Shown piece after piece: positions 31,200 through 39,470 of a stretch of DNA of 64,000 nt; positions within the stretch are counted from its first letter, which is position 1; every line of letters begins with the position of its first letter. The stretch lies in assembly GCA_965223665.1 (NCBI GenBank), contig OZ245011.1, forward strand, positions 832,001 through 896,000, read 5' to 3'. The position numbers were made by a program, and so were the translations under genes. The notes under the pieces were generated by a model. The model worked only from the letters and a program-made list of their open reading frames with translations. It had not been told where the DNA came from and searched no databases. Source of the stretch: Nitrospinaceae bacterium (GTDB lineage: Bacteria > Nitrospinota > Nitrospinia > Nitrospinales > Nitrospinaceae).

Positions 31200-32153
31200 T
31201 CAAGCTAAACCTTTTTCACTTAACCAACGTTCTGCTTCTAAAGCAGCGGCACATCCGGTCCCGGCAGCTGTTACGGCCTGCCTATATTTATGATCATGAA
31301 CATCTCCGGCCGCAAAAATGCCTTCAACATTAGTTTCTTGTGTACCCGGTTTTACAATAATATATCCATTATCATCTAAATCTATTTGGTCTTTGAAAGG
31401 TTGGGTGTTAGGAGTGTGACCAATAGCATAAAAAATACCGGCAACATTAATTTCGTTAGATTCATTTGATTTGATATTTTTAATTCGAGCTCCGGTAACA
31501 AATTCGTCCCCTATGGCATCCTCTAAAATAGAATCCCAGAGAATTTCTATTTTTTTATTATCAAAAGCACGTTGTTGCATAATTTTGGATGCTCGCAATT
31601 CATCTCGCCGGTGAACCAAATAAACCACTGTCCCAAATTTAGAGAGATAAGAAGCTTCTTCCACAGCGGTGTCTCCACCTCCAATTACCATCAAAGGTTG
31701 ATTTCGAAAAAAGGGTAATGCTCCATCACAAACCGCACAGGCAGACATTCCATTATTCCAGAGCTTTTCTTCACTGGGAACTCCCATTCGTCTTGCAGTA
31801 GCACCTGTGGCTATAATTATTGATTCGCCATAAACCTCAGTTTTATCACCTTTAATTCGAAAGGGACGTTTTTTAAAATCTACTTCATGAACATCCTCTT
31901 GAACCATTTGAGTACCAAATCGTTCTGCTTGTTTGCGAAATAATTGCATCAATTCAGGACCACTGACACCCTCAGGAAATCCAGGATAGTTCTCAACATC
32001 AGTAGTCGTCGTGAGTTGACCACCAGCAGACCCACCCAAAACAAAACCTTCAAACATAAAGGGTTCCAAATTGGCTCTTGCAGCATAAATAGCCGCAGTA
32101 TGACCTGCAGGCCCAGATCCAATGATTACCAATTTTTTAACATTGTCTGCCAT
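31200..32153 (-). CDS. trxB: Thioredoxin reductase (low-Mr)
   Basis: IIGSGPAG, GGQLTTTTDVENYPGF, CAVCDG redox motif, GGGDTAVEEA, HRRDELRAS, FAAGDV. Confidence 0.97.
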   Translation of the reverse strand: MADNVKKLVIIGSGPAGHTAAIYAARANLEPFMFEGFVLGGSAGGQLTTTTDVENYPGFPEGVSGPELMQLFRKQAERFGTQMVQEDVHEVDFKKRPFRIKGDKTEVYGESIIIATGATARRMGVPSEEKLWNNGMSACAVCDGALPFFRNQPLMVIGGGDTAVEEASYLSKFGTVVYLVHRRDELRASKIMQQRAFDNKKIEILWDSILEDAIGDEFVTGARIKNIKSNESNEINVAGIFYAIGHTPNTQPFKDQIDLDDNGYIIVKPGTQETNVEGIFAAGDVHDHKYRQAVTAAGTGCAAALEAERWLSEKGLA

Positions 32154-32275
32154 TAAGAAACACCTTTCTATTTACATAAAATATGAAATTTACTCATCAA
32201 ATTAATCTGAATAATTAAGATGGATTAAGAGGAAAAAAAGATTCAAAGGGACCCCTTCTAATTAATAAAAAATTT

Positions 32276-33616
32276 CTAAATTTTACTTTCCAGTTTATCC
32301 ATAATAGTATTACGAACAACCTTGCTATCAGCTGGAAGGTCCACTGATTTAAACAAATATTCTGCATCAATATTTTTCAATTTATTTTCATGGTACTTTA
32401 GAAGAAAATCTGTAAACTTAAGCCCGTTGGCTGTAGAAATCACTACTACACTATTTTGCTTTTTAATCACCCCCTGCTTAACCAATTTCTCCAAAACACC
32501 TAACGCAACGCCTGTATGCGGACAACATAACAAGCCCGTTCTATTGGCCCGCGCCGCAGCATTGGCTAATTCATTTTCTGTAGCCTCCCCAACGATTCCG
32601 TCAAATTCCTTTAGGGCCTTAATCGCTTTTTTTACACTTACCGGAGAACCAATTTGAATGGCACTTGCTAAAGTTTTTTTTGCTCGAATAGGTTTAAAAG
32701 ATTTAAAATTCTTTTTATAGCTTCGATAAAGTGGGTTTGCTCTTTCTGCTTGCGCACATACCAACCTAGGAAGTGATTTTATTATTCCCAATTCATACAA
32801 CATTCTAAAACCTTTACCAATGGCACTGACATTTCCCAGGTTTCCCCCAGGTACAATTACAAAATCAGGAACCTTTCCATCAAATTGTTGTATGATTTCA
32901 AAACTAATCGTTTTCTGTCCTTCAATTCTCAGAGAATTCATCGAATTAGCCAGATAAATATCCTGATCTTGGCAAATTTCCTGAACCAAACGCATACAAC
33001 CATCGAAGTCCGTATCAATAGACAAAGTTAAAACCCCATTAGCAATTGGCTGTATTAATTGAGTAACAGATACTTTATTTTTTGGCAAAAAAACAATTGC
33101 AGGGATATCAGCAACCGCGCAATAGGCCGCCAAAGCAGCAGAAGTATCACCAGTAGATGCACAAGCCACTGCTCTAATCTTTTTACCCTCTTTTCTCATC
33201 TGATTGACCATAGAAACCAATACGGTCATTCCCAAATCTTTAAAAGATCCGGTATGAGCCATCCCGCACTGTTTAATCCAAAGATCATCCAATCCTAATT
33301 GAGTCCCTAAACGTTCCGCCCAAAATAAATTACTTCCACCTTCATAAGTAGAAACAATATTCTCATTTTCAACCTGGGGGCAGACCAATTCTTTTTTCCC
33401 CCAAACAGAACTTCCATAAGGCCATTCATGTTTCCGATAGCGGGCATCAAAAATCGTTTTCCATTCTTCGGAAGAACGTTTTTTTAATTCTTCCATATCA
33501 TGAACTACTTCTAACAAATCTCCACAGTCAGGACACCTATAGATAACTTCATTAAGTGGATGGCGCCCACTACAACCATTAATACACTGAAACCATGCCT
33601 TGAAATCTAAACTCAT
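32276..33616 (-). CDS. thrC: Threonine synthase (plant-like subfamily)
   Basis: [11 protein letters not shown] (PLP Lys), [31 protein letters not shown]. Start moved to ATG 33616, which gives an ATGA overlap with hom. Confidence 0.95.
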   Translation of the reverse strand: MSLDFKAWFQCINGCSGRHPLNEVIYRCPDCGDLLEVVHDMEELKKRSSEEWKTIFDARYRKHEWPYGSSVWGKKELVCPQVENENIVSTYEGGSNLFWAERLGTQLGLDDLWIKQCGMAHTGSFKDLGMTVLVSMVNQMRKEGKKIRAVACASTGDTSAALAAYCAVADIPAIVFLPKNKVSVTQLIQPIANGVLTLSIDTDFDGCMRLVQEICQDQDIYLANSMNSLRIEGQKTISFEIIQQFDGKVPDFVIVPGGNLGNVSAIGKGFRMLYELGIIKSLPRLVCAQAERANPLYRSYKKNFKSFKPIRAKKTLASAIQIGSPVSVKKAIKALKEFDGIVGEATENELANAAARANRTGLLCCPHTGVALGVLEKLVKQGVIKKQNSVVVISTANGLKFTDFLLKYHENKLKNIDAEYLFKSVDLPADSKVVRNTIMDKLESKI

Positions 33617-34917
33617 TTTTCCACTCTGATTAAAACTGATTTTCCGCAAACATCTTTTAATTCATCAATTTCTCTTAAAGCTGCTTGAATATTTTTTTCT
33701 TGCGCTTGATGTGTCATCATTACTACAGGAACTCCATTTCCATTGTCGTCTCTTCCTCTTTGAATCATTGATTCAATACTTATATTATTATTCCCCAAAA
33801 TTCCCGATATCTTAGATAAAATCCCGGGTTTATCTAATACGGAAAATCTTAAAAAATATTCACTTTCTATTTCTTCAATATTTTTTATTGGAATATTTTT
33901 AATGCTTGCAGCTAGATAGGATTGAGGAGGGACTCTATTTTTGGCTCCACAAATAATGTTTCGGGCTATTTCAACAACATCACCCACAACAGCACTTCCA
34001 GTAGGCAAAGATCCAGCACCATGTCCCACCAGAATATTTTCTTCCATCAAGTCGTCACGAACCATTACAGCATTTAATACTCCATTCACATTTGCCAATG
34101 GCTTGCCTTCTGGGATCATTGCAGGATGAACACGGACATCAATGGCATTGCCATCAAATTTTGAAATAGCTAACAATTTAATTCGGAATCCAAATTCATG
34201 CGCACATTTGATATCTTCAGATGTAATATGAGTGATTCCTTGTATATATATTTCTTCTAAATCCACAGGCGCCCCATAAGCTAAACGTGTTAACACAGCA
34301 ATCTTATGAGCCGAATCAATTCCTTCAATATCAAACGTTGGGTCTACTTCTGCAAATCCTTTCTCTTGAGCTTCCTTTAAAACCTCTTCAAAAGCATGAT
34401 TACCATCTGACATTTTAGAAAGAATATAATTTGCAGTGCCATTAACAATTCCTTCAATGGCATATATATTATTTGCAGCAAATGCTTCGCGAATTGACCT
34501 TATTATGGGTATAGCACCACCCACAGAAGCCTCAAACCCAACACCTACTCCCTTGGCTTGCGCAGAATTAAAAATTTCATCTCCAAATTTGGCAAGCAAA
34601 GCTTTATTAGCAGTAACAATATGCTTTCCATTTTCTATTGCTTTCAAAACAAATGAACGGGCCGGCTCATATCCGCCAATTAATTCTACAACGATATCAA
34701 TGTCTGGACTTTCTAATACATCTTCTGCATTTGTAGTTAAAATTTCTTTTGGTACATCAACTCCTCTATCACTCGTAATATCTAAATCGGCTATTTTTTT
34801 AAGATAAAGATTCGCCCCCAAACGGTCTGATATTATTTTTTGGTTATCTTGAAAAATTTTGGCCATTCCAGAACCTATGGTTCCAAACCCTATCAATCCT
34901 ACATTTATCGATTTCAT
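33613..34917 (-). CDS. hom: Homoserine dehydrogenase with C-terminal ACT domain
   Basis: [49 protein letters not shown]. Confidence 0.97.
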   Translation of the reverse strand: MKSINVGLIGFGTIGSGMAKIFQDNQKIISDRLGANLYLKKIADLDITSDRGVDVPKEILTTNAEDVLESPDIDIVVELIGGYEPARSFVLKAIENGKHIVTANKALLAKFGDEIFNSAQAKGVGVGFEASVGGAIPIIRSIREAFAANNIYAIEGIVNGTANYILSKMSDGNHAFEEVLKEAQEKGFAEVDPTFDIEGIDSAHKIAVLTRLAYGAPVDLEEIYIQGITHITSEDIKCAHEFGFRIKLLAISKFDGNAIDVRVHPAMIPEGKPLANVNGVLNAVMVRDDLMEENILVGHGAGSLPTGSAVVGDVVEIARNIICGAKNRVPPQSYLAASIKNIPIKNIEEIESEYFLRFSVLDKPGILSKISGILGNNNISIESMIQRGRDDNGNGVPVVMMTHQAQEKNIQAALREIDELKDVCGKSVLIRVEK

Positions 34918-34938
34918 AAGTCGTTCAAAAATTTCAAA

Positions 34939-36105
34939 TTAAAAAATTTCTCGGATTCCTCTTACCGCCTGCCGTGTTCTGTGTTCATTTTCAACCAAAG
35001 AAAAACGGACAAAATGATCTCCACCTTCACCAAAACCAATTCCAGGAGAAACTGCAACTTTGGATTTATCTAGAAGGAGCTTACAAAATTCTAAGGAACC
35101 TATTGATTTATATTGATCAGGAATTTCAGCCCATACAAACATTGTGGCTTTCGGCTTTTCAACCCTCCAACCTATTCGATTTAATCCTTCGCAAAGAACA
35201 TCTCTTCGGTTTTTGTAAGTATCTCGGATTTCATCTACACAATCCCGTGGCCCGTTTAGTGCGATTATGGCTGCAATCTGAATGGGTTGGAACATTCCAT
35301 AATCTTGATAGCTTTTGATCCTTGCCAATGCATGAATAATATCATGATTTCCTACCATAAATCCTACCCGCCAACCCGGCATATTATAACTTTTAGATAA
35401 GGTAAAACATTCTACCCCCACCTCTTTAGCTCCAGGGACCTCCAAAAAACTTGGAGCTCTATACCCGTCAAAAACCAAATCGGCATAAGCAAAATCATGG
35501 ATGACTATGAGATCATGTTCTTTTGCAAAGGCTACCACCTTTTCAAAAAATTCAATTTCGACTACTTGAGTCGTCGGGTTGTGTGGAAAATTTAAAATTA
35601 GTGCTTTAGGTCTAGGCCAATTTTGCTTATAAGCACTTAAAAGGGCTTCAAAAAAATCAGTATCTTTATTCATTGGCACCCCAATGACATCTCCATTTGA
35701 CAAAATAAATGCATAAGTATGAATAGGATATGTAGGGGTGGGGACCATTACAGAATCGCCTGGACTTGTTATGGCCAATGCCAGGTGGGAAATTCCCTCT
35801 TTGGATCCTATGGTAGCAATAGCCTCTTTATCGGGGTCCAAATCTACATTAAAATTTCTTTTATACCAATTGGTAATAGCCAGTCTAAGTTTTGGTATCC
35901 CCATCGACTGCGAATATCGGTGGTTATGTTCTTTGAGGGCAGACTCACATAACTTTTCAACAATATGTTTAGGAGTGGGTTGGTCTGGGTTACCCATTCC
36001 AAAATCGATAATGTCCTCACCACGTCTTCGGGCTTGAAGTTTTAACTCAGTAACGATGTTAAATACGTATGGTGGAAGTCTATTGATCCTGGAAAACTCT
36101 TTCAT
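34939..36105 (-). CDS. alaC: Class I/II PLP aminotransferase (AlaC/YfdZ-like)
   Basis: [50 protein letters not shown]; typical position upstream of hom-thrC. Confidence 0.85.
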   Translation of the reverse strand: MKEFSRINRLPPYVFNIVTELKLQARRRGEDIIDFGMGNPDQPTPKHIVEKLCESALKEHNHRYSQSMGIPKLRLAITNWYKRNFNVDLDPDKEAIATIGSKEGISHLALAITSPGDSVMVPTPTYPIHTYAFILSNGDVIGVPMNKDTDFFEALLSAYKQNWPRPKALILNFPHNPTTQVVEIEFFEKVVAFAKEHDLIVIHDFAYADLVFDGYRAPSFLEVPGAKEVGVECFTLSKSYNMPGWRVGFMVGNHDIIHALARIKSYQDYGMFQPIQIAAIIALNGPRDCVDEIRDTYKNRRDVLCEGLNRIGWRVEKPKATMFVWAEIPDQYKSIGSLEFCKLLLDKSKVAVSPGIGFGEGGDHFVRFSLVENEHRTRQAVRGIREIF

Positions 36106-36555
36106 AATAGTAAATAAATTTATCTAAAATTTTGATAAAGTTAAAAAAATCCCTTAATCTGCAGTTTAAAGGGTTTATCCGAGAAGAAAACAGTTTATCT
36201 TTAGGATTTGAAGAAAATTCGGCTGGGTCAAAATCAAAAATTTTAAAACCTGACGCCCTACAATTGAGTAAACATAGCATAAATGCTTTACCTCAGCAAT
36301 TGCTTAAATCGGTCCAGTATTTATTCCTTTCCAAGGGTTAATTTAATAGCTCATTCCATATTTGTTATTAATTGAATTGGGTATTTTGAATTGAAAATGG
36401 ATTTCTGTTAGGATTATAAAATGCAAGGAGATACTTTCCTTTTTTTATCCAATTTTTTAATTTTTACCTCGCATGGTTTTCCAGGATATTCCCTTTTCTT
36501 AAACCTTTAATATCCGTCTTCAGGGTGGAATTCTTTTTTTAGGATCAAAGGATTT

Positions 36556-37368
36556 ATGGATTTTTTACAAGCCATAATCTTAGGGCTGTTACAAGGCTTG
36601 ACTGAGTTTTTACCAGTATCCAGTTCTGGTCATTTAATATTAGCACCTCATGTGTTTGGTTTTAAAGACCAGGGCCTAGCTATGGATGCTATTCTTCATC
36701 TTGCAACTCTTTTGGCAATTTTCTTATATTTTAAAGATGATCTCCTCAAATTGTTCAAGGGAATTTTTTCGAGCGATAAAAATGATCCTTATCGAAAACT
36801 GGCATGGAGTATTGTCATCGCCACCCTTCCTGCGGGTGTGGTTGGGTTGGCTTTCGAGGACTGGATTGAAGAAAACCTGAGAAGTACCACATTTGTTGCT
36901 TGTAATTTAATTTTTTGGTCTATTGTATTTTTTGCAGCCGACCGGACTTTTCAAAAAAACCAGAACTCAAAAGAAAATATTGATCAATTAACATTAGGAA
37001 AAGTCTTTTTTATTGGTTGCGCTCAGGCCATAGCATTATTACCAGGAACTTCCCGTTCTGGAATTACTATTGCAGCGGGACTTTTTAAGGGATTAAATCA
37101 AGTGACTGCAGCAAGATTTTCCTTTTTATTGGGAACTCCAGTTATTTTAGCGGCAGGACTTCTAAAATCAGTTTCAGTTTTTACAAAATCATCAGAAGAA
37201 TTACATTTTTCATCATTACAGTTAGGAGTAGGCTTTTTCACAGCTTTTATTTCAGGCTATTTTGCCATTAAACTTCTAATGAATATTGTTTCCAGATACG
37301 GTTTGTTTCCGTTTATTATTTATCGTTTAATATTAGCGGCAGGAATATTAATTTATTTTTCCATTTAA
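36556..37368 (+). CDS. uppP: Undecaprenyl-diphosphatase
   Basis: QGLTEFLPVSSSGHL, PGTSRSGITI, AARFSFLLG, FIIYR. Confidence 0.96.
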   Translation: MDFLQAIILGLLQGLTEFLPVSSSGHLILAPHVFGFKDQGLAMDAILHLATLLAIFLYFKDDLLKLFKGIFSSDKNDPYRKLAWSIVIATLPAGVVGLAFEDWIEENLRSTTFVACNLIFWSIVFFAADRTFQKNQNSKENIDQLTLGKVFFIGCAQAIALLPGTSRSGITIAAGLFKGLNQVTAARFSFLLGTPVILAAGLLKSVSVFTKSSEELHFSSLQLGVGFFTAFISGYFAIKLLMNIVSRYGLFPFIIYRLILAAGILIYFSI

Positions 37369-37374
37369 CCAATG

Positions 37375-37406
37375 AAAAAAGCCAGCCCAAAATGGACTGG
37401 CTTTTT
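37375..37406. terminator. Bidirectional intrinsic terminator
   Basis: AAAAAGCCAG-C-CCA-AAA-TGG-A-CTGGCTTTTT between convergent genes. Confidence 0.8.
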
Positions 37407-37426
37407 CCTTTTATTCTGTTCGCGAA

Positions 37427-37837
37427 TTAACCGCAGGTTACATTAATATCGATCGTACCAGTATTAGTGATTCTTACTTCACCACTGATATCACCGATAG
37501 AATCTCCACGGCTGAATTCAGTTTGCTTGGTCAGGACAACCTTATTCCGACCCATGCTGTGCTTGTTTGGCATTCCAACTTTACGAGCACCTTCAAAACC
37601 TTGATGGTCCGTAGGTCCTAAGGTAATTGGAACTGTCGTTGCATTGGAAGATTTCCATACTACGGCATTTGCATTTCCACGATCACCCGCAGAAGAATTT
37701 CCAGAAGCTTCTAATGTAATCGATCCTGCGTCTGTGCAAGATGTTTTTCCACCAGGCTTAATGGTCGCTGCAAATGCGGGAGAAGCGAAATAGAGAGCCA
37801 AAATTGAAACGAAAGCGATGAGGGTGAGTTTTCTCAT
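37427..37837 (-). CDS. Secreted hypothetical protein (136 aa)
   Basis: Signal peptide MRKLTLIAFVSILALYFASPAFA; strong RBS AAGGGAGG; two Cys near the termini of the mature chain; own terminator. Confidence 0.85.
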   Translation of the reverse strand: MRKLTLIAFVSILALYFASPAFAATIKPGGKTSCTDAGSITLEASGNSSAGDRGNANAVVWKSSNATTVPITLGPTDHQGFEGARKVGMPNKHSMGRNKVVLTKQTEFSRGDSIGDISGEVRITNTGTIDINVTCG

Positions 37838-38067
37838 TGTTTTCCTCCCTTACCCAAAATTAATAATAAAGTAATTTCCCCTAATTTTCTTTAGGATTAA
37901 CATCTTTAATTAGACCCGGTAAAATAAGATCTAAATTAAAAAAGCTAAACCTATATTAAAACTCAGACTAAAACAAAAAGCCTAAGACCAACTTATTATT
38001 AAGTAAGAAAAGGTACTAAAAATACAGAACTTACGGTTATAAATTAACCCCATTCTGAATACGAGCC

Positions 38068-38095
38068 AGTATACTTAATGATCTATTGAAGTCAA
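38068..38095 (-). promoter_or_regulatory. Sigma70-type promoter for the 37837 gene
   Basis: Minus strand TTGACT-16 nt-TATACT. Confidence 0.6.
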
Positions 38096-38261
38096 CAGTT
38101 TTTTAGGAATTTACGGCTCAATTTTGATTTTTTTCCTATAAACTTTAAGGTGTTTTTCCTACTCCAGAGTAAGGAAATGATTTAGCATACTTATAACAAC
38201 CAAACTAAATAAAATTTTTTAATTCAATAAGTTATATAAATAAATTCATTTTTTTTCTTTT

Positions 38262-38966
38262 ATGTCCAAATTATCTTTCTCGTCAATTAATTCATTAAAA
38301 TCAGAAGCAAACCCCAAGTCTCGATTCATTCGTTTTCTTACATTAATTTTTTTTGGATTTTTAATAGGTTTTTTTACTATTCGAAAAGGTTTTCATTTAA
38401 CCCCTGAAAACTTTAAACAACTTATACTAGATTTGGGAATTCTTGGTCCCATCTTATACGTTTTCATTTTTTCAATTAGACCTCTCTTTTTAATCCCTTC
38501 TATAGCTTTATTTATTGGAGGTGGCTTAGCTTATGGACCAATCTTGGGTCCTACTTATGCTTCCGTTGGAGTTGCAATAGGTGGAAGTTTAGGATTTTGG
38601 ATTGCGCGTAAAATGGGACATGAATATGTAATCAATAAACTCAAAGTTGGAAAAGAGGTGTTAGAAAATACACGGTTCACCTTTTCTGCGGTTTTTATTT
38701 TAAGTTTATTACCCATAATGCCTGTAACGGTAATTAACTATGGAGCAGGCTTATCACCGATGAAATACTCCCATTATATTTTATCTCATTTGTTAGGAAT
38801 GATTCCACGTGCATTTGCTTTTGGGTTTTTTGGAAATTCTTTACTAGACATTGGAGGACCAAAATTTAAACTAGCTTTGGGTATTTTGGTAATATTAAGC
38901 TTAATTACTCTTTGGTGGAAAGTCAGGTCCTCTAATAAACAAAAAAAAACCAAGACTAACTTTTAA
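38262..38966 (+). CDS. TVP38/TMEM64 (DedA/VTT superfamily) membrane protein
   Basis: LGPILYV..RPLFLIP..GGLAYG..GGSLGFWIARKMG, LLPIMP..NYGAG..LGMIP. Confidence 0.88.
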   Translation: MSKLSFSSINSLKSEANPKSRFIRFLTLIFFGFLIGFFTIRKGFHLTPENFKQLILDLGILGPILYVFIFSIRPLFLIPSIALFIGGGLAYGPILGPTYASVGVAIGGSLGFWIARKMGHEYVINKLKVGKEVLENTRFTFSAVFILSLLPIMPVTVINYGAGLSPMKYSHYILSHLLGMIPRAFAFGFFGNSLLDIGGPKFKLALGILVILSLITLWWKVRSSNKQKKTKTNF

Positions 38967-38981
38967 AGAAAAGGGCTAATT

Positions 38982-39467
38982 TTAATTGGTGCAGTGACTA
39001 CTCACAAATCCGTCCCCATCCTTATCATCACCTAAGGTATCAGGATTGCAATCCTCATCGTGATTGTTACAGACTTCTGTATTTCCAGGATATCTGTTCC
39101 TGTCTTGATCATCACAATCAGCGCCTCCACAATTTACATCATTAACCCCGTCTCCATCCTTATCTGGAACTTCACAAGCTTCCCCATAGGCAGAAACACA
39201 GCGTTTCTCCTTTTCACTACAAACCCTTTCTCTACCGTAAATTAAACAGGGAGAAGCCCCTCGTACGCAATGACCCTCAATTACCTCTCTACGTTCGGAA
39301 TCAATTTTCACACCCTCACATCTTTCAACTCCATTACACCATAATCCATCATCACAGTGACTGTCCCTACGACATCCCGATTCCGCAAAAGAAACCAGAG
39401 ACAATGAAAATACATTTAATAAAATAAAAATTATTAGAATTGGCTTTATATTTTGATTAAAAGTCAT
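38982..39467 (-). CDS. Secreted Cys-rich protein with a putative metal-binding (MopE-type repeat) motif
   Basis: Signal peptide; CDDGLWCNGVERC, DKDGDG, DCDDQDRNRYPGNTEVCNNHDEDC; starts 3 nt after the upstream stop. Confidence 0.8.
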   Translation of the reverse strand: MTFNQNIKPILIIFILLNVFSLSLVSFAESGCRRDSHCDDGLWCNGVERCEGVKIDSERREVIEGHCVRGASPCLIYGRERVCSEKEKRCVSAYGEACEVPDKDGDGVNDVNCGGADCDDQDRNRYPGNTEVCNNHDEDCNPDTLGDDKDGDGFVSSHCTN

Positions 39468-39470
39468 GAA

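Noticed and set aside
36080-36341. ORFs 36080..36280 (-) and 36132..36341 (+)
   Set aside because: Mutually overlapping, no convincing RBS or motifs; treated as non-coding leader.
36410-36425. Sigma54 site upstream of uppP (AGGATTATAAAATGCA)
   Set aside because: GG-N10-GC spacing is right but both flanks deviate (AGG, ATGC); plausible by chance.
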